Counted from the stretch's first letter, positions 46,032-56,501 are shown. The stretch is 64,000 bases of DNA from an uncultured Candidatus Saccharibacteria bacterium (GCA_964596615.1 CAZQUN010000001.1:1750-65749), one strand, 5' to 3'. Numbers and translations: made by a program. Notes: generated by a model from the sequence alone, not told the origin.

Positions 46032-46891
46032 TGAAATTCTCTATCATCATCCCAACCTATAACGAAGAAGAATCTATTGGGCAAACCTTAGAAGAATTAA
46101 AGGAATATTTGAGTGGTAAAAAATATCAGGCTGAAATTATTGTCATTAACGACGGCTCCAAAGATCAGACCCAAAAAATACTTGAAAACATCAAAGGGAT
46201 TAAGGTGATTAATAGTCCATACAACAAGGGATATGGAGCCTCAATTAAAAGCGGGGTAAGTCAAGCCCAGTATAGCTGGATTTTGCTCTATGACGGCGAT
46301 GGACAGCACCGGCCGGAATATATTGAAAAATTAGTCAGAGAAAGAAAAGATTTTGATATGATTATTGGAGCCAGAACCGGATACAAAGGGCCGATTTCCC
46401 GACAGCCGGGGAAAAAACTTCTAACCTGGATAGCTAACTATTTAGTCCAGCAGAAAATCCCTGATTTAAATTCCGGTTTCCGTTTAGTCAAAAAGAATCT
46501 ATTTTTGAAATTCTCACATATTTTTCCAAGCGGGTTCTCTCTAACAACAACCATTACTCTGGCTTTTTTCAAAGAAGGCCTTAATGTTAGATATATTCCA
46601 ATTAGAATAAACAAGAGGAAAGGAAAAAGCACTGTTGGGACAAAAGACGGCTTTGAAGCCATAATGACTGTTTTCAGAACTGTGACTCTTTTTTCTCCTC
46701 TAAGAATATTTTTCCCAGCCAGTTTTCTGCTTTTCTGTCTTTCTATTGTCATTTCAATTATCCAGTCTATTCCCTTAAAAGAATTTAATATAAGTGATGC
46801 GACAATTTTAATTTTTGTCTCATCCTTATTCCTATTCTTCTTCGGTCTTTTAGCTGACCAAGTTTCAGCTATCCGAAGAGAAAAAAAATAG
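46031..46891 (+). CDS. GT2 glycosyltransferase, polyprenyl-phosphate sugar synthase type (ArnC/GtrB/DPM1-like) with C-terminal TM helices
   Basis: FSIIIPTYNEEESI, VINDGSKD, DGDGQH (DxD) and two C-terminal TM helices. ATGA overlap with the upstream gene. Confidence 0.8.
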   Translation: MKFSIIIPTYNEEESIGQTLEELKEYLSGKKYQAEIIVINDGSKDQTQKILENIKGIKVINSPYNKGYGASIKSGVSQAQYSWILLYDGDGQHRPEYIEKLVRERKDFDMIIGARTGYKGPISRQPGKKLLTWIANYLVQQKIPDLNSGFRLVKKNLFLKFSHIFPSGFSLTTTITLAFFKEGLNVRYIPIRINKRKGKSTVGTKDGFEAIMTVFRTVTLFSPLRIFFPASFLLFCLSIVISIIQSIPLKEFNISDATILIFVSSLFLFFFGLLADQVSAIRREKK

Positions 46892-46894
46892 CTT

Positions 46895-47551
46895 ATGGAT
46901 TTTTTTAACCTAATTAAAACCAGGAGAAGCGTTAGGATTTTCCAGGACAAAGAAGTCGACCAAGAATCGATTAAAAAGATTATCGAGATGGCGACTTATG
47001 CTCCTTCAGCCTGCAACATCCAGGGCTGGAGATTCATTATCATCACCGATCAGAAGAAAAAAGAAGAAATTGTTAATTTGGGCGGCTCAGTCATTATCAA
47101 AAGCGCTCCGGTTGGCATTTTAGTCCTCTATGATAACCAAACTAAAAACACTCAATACTCCGACGATGTTCAAAGCGCTTCCGCCGCTATCCAGAATCTA
47201 CTTTTATCAGCCCATTCTTTAGGACTGGGCGCCTGCTGGATTTGTCATCTTCCTCCTAAAAATCAGTTAAGAAAACTATTTCAAATTCCAAATTCTCTAT
47301 CGCCGGTTGCGTATGTTATCCTTGGCCATAAGAAAAATGAACCAGGCCAGGTACCAAGGAAATACAACCTCAGCCAGCTTATCAGTTACAATGCTTTTTC
47401 TTCAAATGTTCCTCTGAAAAATATCAATTTTCTGAAAGTTTTCATCCTGAGAGCCCTAATGAAAACGTATTTCCTTATCCCAAAACTCATCAGGAAAAAA
47501 TGGCTGAATAAATTCGCTGATAAAAGATTTGTTAAAAAGTTCGAGAATTAA
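46895..47551 (+). CDS. Nitroreductase-family flavoprotein
   Basis: IKTRRSVRIFQDKEV...ATYAPSACNIQGWRFIII, the nitroreductase fold signature; 218 aa. Confidence 0.8.
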   Translation: MDFFNLIKTRRSVRIFQDKEVDQESIKKIIEMATYAPSACNIQGWRFIIITDQKKKEEIVNLGGSVIIKSAPVGILVLYDNQTKNTQYSDDVQSASAAIQNLLLSAHSLGLGACWICHLPPKNQLRKLFQIPNSLSPVAYVILGHKKNEPGQVPRKYNLSQLISYNAFSSNVPLKNINFLKVFILRALMKTYFLIPKLIRKKWLNKFADKRFVKKFEN

Positions 47552-47552
47552 A

Positions 47553-48278
47553 ATGAAGAATAAATTTACCATTGAACAAGTTCGAGAATTTTGGAATGAG
47601 ACCGCCCCTATTTACGAAGATTGCAACAAAAAAGTAGAAGATACCCATCATCAAAGATTTAAGGAAGCAGTCAAACACTTGAAATTAGAGTCCGGACAAA
47701 AAGTTTTAAATATCTGGGCAAGAACCGGCTTAGCTATTCCTTATCTCCGCCGAGAATGCCCTGAGATTGAAATATTTAACCTAGAGGTTTCGCCTGAGTT
47801 TATTAAAATCGCTCAAAAGAAATTCCCTAATGAAAAATTCCAGCAAACCGATTTAGACTATCTGCCTTTCGAAGACAACTATTTTGACCAAATCCTTTCT
47901 CTTGAAACCCTTGAGCACACTCCTAATCCTTCCCTTTTTCTAAAAGAACTTTTCCGAACTTTAAAGCCAGGGAAAACATTGGTAATGAGTTGTCCGCCAG
48001 CCATAACCGATATTCCTTTTAAAATCTATGGAATTATTTTCAACGACCATGGCGAGGGACCTCATAAATTCCCTTCCTCTCGAAGAGTAAAAAAACTTTT
48101 GAAAGAAACTGGTTTCAGGCTCATTCTTCACAAAGGAACCCTTCTAATTAATCTTGGTCCTCAGTGGCTAAAGGATTTTGGGGAAAGAATTATAAACAAA
48201 TTCCAAAAAACACCAATTAGTGAATTAGGCTTTAGACAATTCTATGTTGCCAAAAAAGAAAATAATTCTAACATTTGA
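47553..48278 (+). CDS. Class I SAM-dependent methyltransferase-like protein with a degenerate motif I
   Basis: Methyltransf_11-like core (DLDYLPFEDNYFDQILSLETLEH...LKPGKTLVM). Motif I reads VLNIWARTG instead of a GxGxG loop. Start set at MKNKF (47553). Confidence 0.65.
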   Translation: MKNKFTIEQVREFWNETAPIYEDCNKKVEDTHHQRFKEAVKHLKLESGQKVLNIWARTGLAIPYLRRECPEIEIFNLEVSPEFIKIAQKKFPNEKFQQTDLDYLPFEDNYFDQILSLETLEHTPNPSLFLKELFRTLKPGKTLVMSCPPAITDIPFKIYGIIFNDHGEGPHKFPSSRRVKKLLKETGFRLILHKGTLLINLGPQWLKDFGERIINKFQKTPISELGFRQFYVAKKENNSNI

Positions 48279-49014
48279 TTTAGAATTTTGGTATAACAGC
48301 AAATTCTTAAAAAAATATTTATCTCAAAATGAAGACCCACCCAACGACTATGTCAGAGAATCTGTTGAGCCAATTCTTAATCTTTTGAAACAACACAATC
48401 AAAAAGTGACTTTTTTTGTTTTGGGACAAATTGCAGAAAGACACCCGGAATTAATTAAAAAGATATTTCAATCAGGACATGAGATTGCTTCTCATGGATA
48501 TTCTCATACAATTCTATCCCAATTAGGAAAAGATGGCTTTGAAAGAGAAATTGAAAAAACCAATCAGATAATCGAACAAATCATTGGCCAAAAACCGACT
48601 GGATTCCGGGCACCCAATTTTTCTCTTAACAATAAAACTAAATGGGCTTTTGATATCCTAAAAAAGCATGGCTTTAAATACGACTCAAGCATTCATCCTT
48701 TTTCGTTTAAAAAGAATTTCCAATATTCCCTAAAAGAACTACCTCCTTCTTTGGGAGGAATATATTTCCGGGCTTTCCCCTTTTGGTTTTATCTTATTCT
48801 AGTCAGAATATTCTCTAAAACCGATTCCCCAGTTATCTACTTACATCCCCATGAATTATTCGATTCAGCCCCAAGAATAGAATCAGCCCCTCGGTTTCTA
48901 AAAAAAATCAAATACTGGGGAACCAAAAGCGCTTTAGATAAATTTGAGAAACTATTAAAAAAATTCAAGTGTATTTCAATAAAGGAACACCTTAATGAAA
49001 GTACTCCTAATTAG
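48244..49014 (+). CDS. Polysaccharide deacetylase (NodB-homology, CE4)
   Basis: TFDLEFW, HEIASHGYSH and FRAPNF motifs. Confidence 0.8.
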   Translation: MLPKKKIILTFDLEFWYNSKFLKKYLSQNEDPPNDYVRESVEPILNLLKQHNQKVTFFVLGQIAERHPELIKKIFQSGHEIASHGYSHTILSQLGKDGFEREIEKTNQIIEQIIGQKPTGFRAPNFSLNNKTKWAFDILKKHGFKYDSSIHPFSFKKNFQYSLKELPPSLGGIYFRAFPFWFYLILVRIFSKTDSPVIYLHPHELFDSAPRIESAPRFLKKIKYWGTKSALDKFEKLLKKFKCISIKEHLNESTPN

Positions 49015-50407
49015 TCCGCCTAATCTTAATACAATTTCCAGTTGCATGCCTAAGGTTCTTGAAGAAGACCTTGATTTTTTGCCGCCTCTTGGGTTAATGT
49101 ATTTGGCTGGATATTTAACCGAAAAGACATCTCATCAAGCAAGTATTCTTGATTGCCAGGTAGAACAATTAAACTACCAGGATTTAAAGGAAAGAATATC
49201 TCAGGAAAATCCAGATGTTATTGGTATCACCGCCATGACTTTTACCCTAATTGACGTGATTAAAACCGCTCAATTAGCCAAAGAAACTAATCCGGAAATC
49301 AAGATTGTTTTAGGTGGTCCCCATGTTAATATTTATCCCAAAGAAACTTTGGCAATCAATGGAATTGATTTCCTCGTTCTTGGAGAAGGAGAAGAGCCAC
49401 TTGAAAAACTACTAGATAATATTAATCAAATCGAAGAACTTCGCCAAACAAAAGGGATTGTCTTTAAAGATGGGGACGAAATCATTAATACTGGCCATCA
49501 AGAGTTAATCAGAGATTTGGATTCTATCCCTTTCCCCAAAAGAGACCTTCTTCCTTATCAGAAGTATTTTTCAATTGTTTCTTCAAAAGCGCCAGTAACA
49601 ACAATGTTTACCAGCCGGGGCTGTCCTTTTCAGTGTCTTTTCTGCGACCGGCCCCATCTGGGAAAAATCTTCCGGGCCCGTTCAGCTAAAAATGTTGTCG
49701 ATGAAATGAAGGAATGCCAAGATATGGGCATTAAAGAAATTATCATCTACGACGATACTTTTGGAGTTAACCGGCAAAGAGTTCTAGATATTTGTTCTGA
49801 AATAAGGGAAAGGAGATTAACCATTGCTTGGGATGTCAGAACCAGAGTTGATACTGTTGACGAAGAAGTTTTAAAGGCGATGAAAAGTGCCAATTGCCAG
49901 AGAATTCACTACGGGGTAGAAGCTGGAACAGAAAAAATCCTTAAAATCCTTAAAAAAGGCATCAACTTGAAACAAATTAAAAATGCCTTTAAAATGACTA
50001 AGAAGATTGGCATTGAAACGATTGGGTATTTCATGATTGGCTCTCCTCGAGAAACAAAAGAAGATATTTTGGAAACAATTAAATTAACTAAAAAATTGAA
50101 TCCTGATTTTATTCATGTCTCTATAACGACTCCTTTCCCCGCGACCGGCCTCTACTTTCTCGGTCTAGAAAATAAAATTCTTCCCTACGATTACTGGAAA
50201 GAATTTGCTCAAAACCCTAAATCTGATTTTACTCCTCTTCCCTGGGAAGAAAATCTAAAAAAAGAAGAATTATTCCACCTTTTAAAACGGACTTACCGGT
50301 CCTTTTATTTCCGACCGAGATATATTATTAAAAGATTATCAAAACTTACCTCTTGGCAAGAGTTAAAAAATAAAATTAAAGCTGCCCTAAAATTATTAAG
50401 GGTTTAA
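48995..50407 (+). CDS. Cobalamin-binding radical SAM enzyme (class B) paralog 1
   Basis: N-terminal B12-binding Rossmann domain (KVLLISPP...VIGITAM...KIVLGGPHV), then a radical-SAM domain with CPFQCLFC (CxxxCxxC); 470 aa. Confidence 0.85.
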   Translation: MKVLLISPPNLNTISSCMPKVLEEDLDFLPPLGLMYLAGYLTEKTSHQASILDCQVEQLNYQDLKERISQENPDVIGITAMTFTLIDVIKTAQLAKETNPEIKIVLGGPHVNIYPKETLAINGIDFLVLGEGEEPLEKLLDNINQIEELRQTKGIVFKDGDEIINTGHQELIRDLDSIPFPKRDLLPYQKYFSIVSSKAPVTTMFTSRGCPFQCLFCDRPHLGKIFRARSAKNVVDEMKECQDMGIKEIIIYDDTFGVNRQRVLDICSEIRERRLTIAWDVRTRVDTVDEEVLKAMKSANCQRIHYGVEAGTEKILKILKKGINLKQIKNAFKMTKKIGIETIGYFMIGSPRETKEDILETIKLTKKLNPDFIHVSITTPFPATGLYFLGLENKILPYDYWKEFAQNPKSDFTPLPWEENLKKEELFHLLKRTYRSFYFRPRYIIKRLSKLTSWQELKNKIKAALKLLRV

Positions 50408-50413
50408 CTATCT

Positions 50414-51082
50414 ATGAACAAAACTACTAAAATACATCAAAAAGAGTATTGGGAAAGAAAAGAATTGGCCAAAAGAAGATCTCCCAAGCATCCTGTTATA
50501 GCAGCTTATATTCTCCCAAAAATCAATGTGATCAGGCGCCATATTAATATAAACAAGCAAACCCGTCTTTTAGATGTTGGCTGTGGCAATGGCTTCTTCA
50601 CCTTTTATTTTGATAAAATCTGCGATGCTCACGGCGTAGATTATTCTGAAAAAATGCTGCAAATGAATCCTGTCAAAAAAAAATCCCTGATGGATGCCAA
50701 CAATCTGGAGTTTGAAGATAATTCCTTTGATGTGGTTTTTTGTCATTTCCTTCTGCACCATACCGATAATCCTGATAAAATAATTCAAGAAATGCGAAGG
50801 GTCTCTAAAAAATATGTTGTTATTCTTGAGCCAAATAGAAACAATCCTCCAGAATTTCTGTTTTCACTTATTGTCAAAGAGGAAAGAGGAGCCCTAAAAT
50901 TCTCGTTGGCCTATTTGAAAAAAATAGTCGCTAGAAATAAACTGCGAATCATAAGTTCGTTTTCGTATGGCATGATAGTTCCTAATAAAACTCCGACTTG
51001 GTTAATACCATTAACCAAGCTTTTCAACTTCAAACAACCATTCGGCATAACAAGCTTTGTTATAGCTGAAAAAAACAAATAG
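50414..51082 (+). CDS. Class I SAM-dependent methyltransferase
   Basis: Canonical motif I LLDVGCGNGFF and the post-I acidic loop; EFEDNSFDVVFCHFLLHH. Confidence 0.8.
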   Translation: MNKTTKIHQKEYWERKELAKRRSPKHPVIAAYILPKINVIRRHININKQTRLLDVGCGNGFFTFYFDKICDAHGVDYSEKMLQMNPVKKKSLMDANNLEFEDNSFDVVFCHFLLHHTDNPDKIIQEMRRVSKKYVVILEPNRNNPPEFLFSLIVKEERGALKFSLAYLKKIVARNKLRIISSFSYGMIVPNKTPTWLIPLTKLFNFKQPFGITSFVIAEKNK

Positions 51083-51084
51083 AA

Positions 51085-52533
51085 ATGAAAGTCCTATTAA
51101 TCAACCCACCATACATCAACTTTGAAGGAATGAAGGATTCTGGCGGGCATGCTATTCCTTTTAACCTGGCTTATCTAGCCGGCTATTTAAGAGATAAGAT
51201 TGACTGCCAAATTAAAATCCTCGATACAGAAGTCATGGCCCTGGACTATGACGGCATAAGAAAAGCAATTAAAAAAGAGGGGCAACAGGATGTTATTGGC
51301 TTTACCTGCCCTTCTCCGACTGTTAAACACGTCTTCAAGATATCAGAAATGATTAAAGAAGACCTAGGTTTTAATCCGGTTATTGTGGTCGGCGGAACTC
51401 ACCCGACTATCCTACCCAAAGAAATGCTTAAAAATCCCCATATTGATATTGCAGCTATCGGTGAAGGTGAGATTACTTTTTACGAAATAGTCAATGCCGT
51501 CAAAGAAAAGCGAGATGATTTTGAAAATATTAATGGGATTTACTACAAAAAGGGTGGTCAAATATTAAAGACCCCACCTCGAGATCTTATCCCTGACCTA
51601 GATGATATTCCTTTTCCAGCTCGCGATCTCTTTAATCTTAAGATGCATTACTCAGCTCCGACTAAAGTTGTTAGCTCCGAATTATCTTCGCCAATATTCA
51701 CTTCTCGAGGATGCGCCTTTGACTGCATCCATTGCGTTTCAAAAAGTGTCTGGAAGAGAAAAGTCAGGTATCGAAGCGCCAGAAATATTATCGCTGAAAT
51801 TGAAGAATGTATTAACAAACACAACATTAAAGAATTTAATATTCTTGATGAAAACTTTACCCTAAATAAGTCCAGATGCCTCGAAGTTTGCCAAGAGATC
51901 ATCAATAAAAAGCTACCAATTTACTGGGTTTGTTTTTCCAGAGCTGACACTATTGACGATGAAGTTGCTTCTATTATGGCTAAGGCCGGCTGCAGAAAGA
52001 TATCTTTCGGGCTTGAATCAGGTTCACAGAAAATATTGGATTTAATGAGAAAACAAAACACTGTTGAGCAAGGACGAAAGGCTATTGCCACAGCCAGAAA
52101 ATACGGCATCCAGCCTCACGCCAGTTTTATGTTCGGCAACATCGGCGAAACCAAAGAAACCATTAGGGAAACGATTGATTATGCTAAAAGCTTAGATCTT
52201 GATATTTCAACGTTTTTTATCACTTGTCCTGTCCCCGGTTCCGATCTCTACTATTACGCCAAGGACAATGGCTTTATCCCCGAAGGCACCCCTTGGGAAA
52301 TGTTTGCTCCTTTGACTGATAGAGAACCAATCCCGGTCCAAAGAAATCTTAGCCAGGAAGAACTAGTTTATTGGCAAAAAAAAGCTTTTCGAGAATTTTA
52401 TCTTCGCCCAAAATATGTTATCCAGCGACTAAAACAGCTTAAATCCAAAAACGCTCTTAAGATTACTTTGGCTGGCTTTAAGGTTTTGCTAAGAATCTTT
52501 TTTAAGCCAAAACCAAAAAATGATCAAAGATAA
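51085..52533 (+). CDS. Cobalamin-binding radical SAM enzyme (class B) paralog 2
   Basis: B12-binding domain (KVLLINPP...VIGFTC...VIVVGGTHPT), then CAFDCIHC; 482 aa. Confidence 0.85.
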   Translation: MKVLLINPPYINFEGMKDSGGHAIPFNLAYLAGYLRDKIDCQIKILDTEVMALDYDGIRKAIKKEGQQDVIGFTCPSPTVKHVFKISEMIKEDLGFNPVIVVGGTHPTILPKEMLKNPHIDIAAIGEGEITFYEIVNAVKEKRDDFENINGIYYKKGGQILKTPPRDLIPDLDDIPFPARDLFNLKMHYSAPTKVVSSELSSPIFTSRGCAFDCIHCVSKSVWKRKVRYRSARNIIAEIEECINKHNIKEFNILDENFTLNKSRCLEVCQEIINKKLPIYWVCFSRADTIDDEVASIMAKAGCRKISFGLESGSQKILDLMRKQNTVEQGRKAIATARKYGIQPHASFMFGNIGETKETIRETIDYAKSLDLDISTFFITCPVPGSDLYYYAKDNGFIPEGTPWEMFAPLTDREPIPVQRNLSQEELVYWQKKAFREFYLRPKYVIQRLKQLKSKNALKITLAGFKVLLRIFFKPKPKNDQR

Positions 52534-53530
52534 ATTAATTTCATCAATATTTAAAAGGTCTAATTTTGGCAAGCTTTCTGACCTAATTGAAAAGAGCTTC
52601 TTTTTAAAAATCCCGTACAAGCTGATTAGCCAAAAAATGATCTCGTATGATTTTCCTGTTCATCTTTTTATCGAAACAACCAACGCCTGTAATCTCAAAT
52701 GCCAGTTTTGTGCCCGAACCGATAAAAAGTTCGAAATTGGCAGCATGGATTTTAATCTGTTCAAAAAGATAATTAACGAGGCCAAAGAATATGGACCAAG
52801 AACCTTTTCTCTTCATCTTTTCGGAGAACCGCTTTTAACCAAGAATATCTTTGAAATGATTGAATATATTAAGAAAGCTAATCAGAGCAATACTGTTTTT
52901 CTGACAACTAACGGAACCTTGCTTAACAAAGAAAACGCCAAGTCAATAATCAAAACTTCTGTTGACCGCCTTTCAATTAGCTTTCCCAGTGTTAAAAAAG
53001 AAAGCTATCAAAGAATTGCCGGTTTTGACCAATTAGAAAAAGTGGAAGAAAATATTAATGGTCTGATTGAATTAAAAAAAGAAAAAAAAGTCAATCACCC
53101 CCTTATTTATCTCCGAATGGTTTTAAACAAGGATAACTTTGACGAAAAGAAAATTTTTGAAAAGAAATGGAAGAATAAGCCTGTTATTTCAGAAATCAGA
53201 GACGCTCATAATTTCGGTGGTTATTCTAAAGAATTCTCCCTTAGGAAAGGGCAAACTAAAAAAATCAAAAGATATCCCTGTTATCATCTTTGGTTTTCAC
53301 CGGCTATTCATTTCAACGGTGACTTTTCCATCTGTTGTGATGACTGGGGCAAAAAAACTGTTTTAGGAAACGTCAAAAACCAAACCATTAATCAAATTTG
53401 GAATTCAAAAAAAATTAACCAATACCGCCAGGCTCACATGAGAGGCAAATATGATAAGGTCCCTCTTTGTCAAGGATGCGATGTTTGGACAATGTATCAA
53501 GACATTTTCTTTGACTGGCAAAAAAAATGA
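52520..53530 (+). CDS. Radical SAM protein with a C-terminal SPASM/twitch-type auxiliary cluster domain
   Basis: CNLKCQFC near the N-terminus; C-terminal Cys-rich region (CYHLW...ICCDDWG...CQGCDVW); 336 aa. Confidence 0.8.
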   Translation: MIKDKLISSIFKRSNFGKLSDLIEKSFFLKIPYKLISQKMISYDFPVHLFIETTNACNLKCQFCARTDKKFEIGSMDFNLFKKIINEAKEYGPRTFSLHLFGEPLLTKNIFEMIEYIKKANQSNTVFLTTNGTLLNKENAKSIIKTSVDRLSISFPSVKKESYQRIAGFDQLEKVEENINGLIELKKEKKVNHPLIYLRMVLNKDNFDEKKIFEKKWKNKPVISEIRDAHNFGGYSKEFSLRKGQTKKIKRYPCYHLWFSPAIHFNGDFSICCDDWGKKTVLGNVKNQTINQIWNSKKINQYRQAHMRGKYDKVPLCQGCDVWTMYQDIFFDWQKK

Positions 53531-54192
53531 AACTATTAACCCAAGAAGATTTAAAACCATTAGTTCAGGCCGACCCAAATCAGATGATATATTCCATCGA
53601 TAGCTATTTCAAGCCAATCAGAAAAATTCTTTTTCGGAAAAGATTAAAAATGGTTTTAAAATTAATGGGAAACAAAGAATATCAGAACTTCTTGGATATT
53701 GGCCTTGGTAGCGGCATATTTCTTCCGGAATTATCCAGTCGAACCAAAAAACTAACTGCCACTGATACTCACAAAAACATTGAAGTCGTTAAAAATATTA
53801 TTAACTCAAAAAATATTTCGGCCAATCTGTTGAAAGCCGATGTTCGTCAAATGCCTTTTGAAGATAATAGTTTTGATGGTATTCTCTGTTTAAGTGTCTT
53901 AGAATTTGTTTCAGATATTAATCAGGCCATTAAGGAAATTAAAAGGGTTGCCAGGCCAAAAGCCAAAATTATCATTGGCATCCCAGTTTTTAACCCAATC
54001 ACCGACCTTTGTTACAAAATGATTGGATACAAGAAATATGCCGACTCTTTTCATAAATCAAATCACCAGATAATTATCAAAGCGATTAAAGAAAACCTCT
54101 CGATTAAAAAAATCAAAACTTATCCCTTTTTTTTGCCAGTTAATTTATCTCTCTTTGTTGCCCTGGAAGCAACTAAAGTTGATTTTAATTAG
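53527..54192 (+). CDS. Class I SAM-dependent methyltransferase
   Basis: Motif I FLDIGLGSG; PFEDNSFDGILCLSVLEF. Confidence 0.75.
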   Translation: MKLLTQEDLKPLVQADPNQMIYSIDSYFKPIRKILFRKRLKMVLKLMGNKEYQNFLDIGLGSGIFLPELSSRTKKLTATDTHKNIEVVKNIINSKNISANLLKADVRQMPFEDNSFDGILCLSVLEFVSDINQAIKEIKRVARPKAKIIIGIPVFNPITDLCYKMIGYKKYADSFHKSNHQIIIKAIKENLSIKKIKTYPFFLPVNLSLFVALEATKVDFN

Positions 54193-54213
54193 AAATCATT
54201 GTATAAATAAATT

Positions 54214-55083
54214 ATGGAAAAAAAGTTTTCAATCATTATCCCCCTATACAACGAGGGAGAATCTATCGAGCAAGTAATTGCTGATATCAGGAAACACTTG
54301 CCAGAAAATAGCTACGATTATGAAATTGTGGTTGTTAATGATGGTTCAACTGATAATAGCCAGGAGGTATTGAATAAAATAGATAACATTAAAATTATTA
54401 AATCCCCGGAAAACAAAGGTTATGGCGCATCAATTAAAAAAGGTATTAGTCAATCCGAAAGAGAATATATTGCCATCATAGATGCTGATGGAACCTATCC
54501 AGTCAAGGCCATGCCAGAATTAATCAAATACGCTAAGGATTATGATATGGTTTCTGGCCTTAGACGAGGTAAAAACCTAGACCAACGCTGGCTCTATTCC
54601 CAAAGAATAGGAAAGATGATCTTAAAGAAATTGGCTGGCTATGTAACTAAGACCGAAATCCCGGATATAAACTGCGGCTTAAGAATTTTTAGAAAAGATA
54701 TTGCTCAGCAGTTCTGGGGTCTTTATCCGGATGGATTCTCTTTTACGACAACTTCGCTAGTTGCTTTTATTTCCAACGGCTATCAGATTAAATTCATCCC
54801 GATTGAGTACCACAAGCGAATTGGCAAATCTACTCTTAAGCCGATGCGGAGCTTTACCGCCTTTGTTAATTTAATCTTAAAAATCAGTCTATTCTTTAAG
54901 CCAATCCGAGTTTTTCTACCAGCCAGTTTAATAATTCTTTTCTTTGCTGTTGGAATTACCGTCTATGGTATTTATTCTAAAGATGTTTTTTATGACACAA
55001 CCTTAATTCTTCTCTCGGCCATAGCTCTTCAAACATTTTTCTTTGGTCTTTTGGCAGAAATAATTGTTCATAATCGAAAATAA
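54214..55083 (+). CDS. GT2 glycosyltransferase, polyprenyl-phosphate sugar synthase type (paralog of 46031-46891)
   Basis: FSIIIPLYNEGESI, VVNDGSTD, DADGTY, C-terminal TM helices. Collinear with the first GT2. Confidence 0.8.
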   Translation: MEKKFSIIIPLYNEGESIEQVIADIRKHLPENSYDYEIVVVNDGSTDNSQEVLNKIDNIKIIKSPENKGYGASIKKGISQSEREYIAIIDADGTYPVKAMPELIKYAKDYDMVSGLRRGKNLDQRWLYSQRIGKMILKKLAGYVTKTEIPDINCGLRIFRKDIAQQFWGLYPDGFSFTTTSLVAFISNGYQIKFIPIEYHKRIGKSTLKPMRSFTAFVNLILKISLFFKPIRVFLPASLIILFFAVGITVYGIYSKDVFYDTTLILLSAIALQTFFFGLLAEIIVHNRK

Positions 55084-56501
55084 TGAGAATTCTTCTTATT
55101 AACCCCAGTTTGCATCAAGTTGCGACTGGACAATATGAAAAAGATGTTGAAAAAGAAAGGGGCGTTTATCCGCCTCTTGGTTTGTTATACATCGCTTCTA
55201 TTTTAGAAAAGCATAATCACCAAGTTGTTTTAATTGATATTGATATTGAAGGAAAAGAAGCAGAAAACAGGATTAAAAGTGCCTACCAGGAACTCAATCC
55301 TGAAATGGTTGGCTTTTACGCAACAACCTGGGGCTATGCCCAAGCCAAAGATTTAGCCGAAAGGTTCAAACAGCTTAATCCTGAAATCATTACCGTCATT
55401 GGCGGACCAAATGTAACTTCCCTTCCCCGGGAATCACTCCAGCTAGGAAACTTTGACTTCGGAGTCATGAGCGAAGGAGAGGAAACAATTATTGAGCTAA
55501 TTGAGAAATTAGAAGGAAAAAAGAATTTAGAATTTGAACAAATCCTTGGTCTGGTCTTTAAAAAAGACGATCAGATTGTTATCAATCCTCCCCGACCTTT
55601 AATTGAGGATATGGACTCAATTCCTTTCCCAGCCCGACACCTTATTCCAGCCAAAAAATATTTTGATGTTTTTTCAAGAAACAAGCACTTTATTACAATT
55701 ATGGCAACAAGAGGATGTCCTTTTAATTGTCTTTTCTGTGACAGGAAAAACCGATTGGGCAGAAAATGGCGGGTCCGTTCTCCGGAAAATATCGCCCGGG
55801 AAATTAGACAAGTTATCAACGATTACGGCATCAGAGAATTCATGTTTTTTGACGACGACTTTATTGTCGACAAAAATTGGGGAACGAAGGTCTGTCAGGA
55901 ATTAAAACCTTTAAATATCATTTGGGAATGTCGTAACAGGGTTGATATGCTTGATGAAGAAATGCTTAAAGCCATGAAAGAAGCTGGCTGTTACCGAGTT
56001 CGCCTTGGATTTGAATCAGGCGATAACCATGTTTTAAGGGTCTTAAAAAAAGGCATTACTGCTGAACAATCCCTGGCCTGCGCTAAGCTCTGCCAGAAAA
56101 TTGGCATTGAGGTTTTCGGTTACTTCATGATGGGCCTGCCTGAAGAAACTCCTCAGGCAATTAAAAGAACAATTGATTTAGCTTTAAAAATTGACCCGAG
56201 CTTTGCCATTTTTAGTAAAACCAGGATTCCTCCTGCTAGCGATCTTTTTGACTATGCTGTCAGAACCAATCAAATCAAAAAAGACCACTGGCAAAAATAT
56301 TTAGCTGAAGAAGAATCAAACGGAGCCCCAGCCCTTTCAACCAAAGAATTATCAGAAGAGATGGTTAATCAGTATCTTAAAAAGGCCATCAGAAAATTTT
56401 ACTTTCGCCCGGGATATATTATTAAAAGAATTTTATCGGTTAAAAGTTTTCGTCATTTAATCAGCCAAGCCAGGATTGGCTTCGCTCTTCTATTCAAATG
56501 A
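55083..56501 (+). CDS. Cobalamin-binding radical SAM enzyme (class B) paralog 3
   Basis: B12-binding domain (RILLINPS...MVGFYATT...VIGGPNVT), then CPFNCLFC; 472 aa. Confidence 0.85.
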   Translation: MRILLINPSLHQVATGQYEKDVEKERGVYPPLGLLYIASILEKHNHQVVLIDIDIEGKEAENRIKSAYQELNPEMVGFYATTWGYAQAKDLAERFKQLNPEIITVIGGPNVTSLPRESLQLGNFDFGVMSEGEETIIELIEKLEGKKNLEFEQILGLVFKKDDQIVINPPRPLIEDMDSIPFPARHLIPAKKYFDVFSRNKHFITIMATRGCPFNCLFCDRKNRLGRKWRVRSPENIAREIRQVINDYGIREFMFFDDDFIVDKNWGTKVCQELKPLNIIWECRNRVDMLDEEMLKAMKEAGCYRVRLGFESGDNHVLRVLKKGITAEQSLACAKLCQKIGIEVFGYFMMGLPEETPQAIKRTIDLALKIDPSFAIFSKTRIPPASDLFDYAVRTNQIKKDHWQKYLAEEESNGAPALSTKELSEEMVNQYLKKAIRKFYFRPGYIIKRILSVKSFRHLISQARIGFALLFK

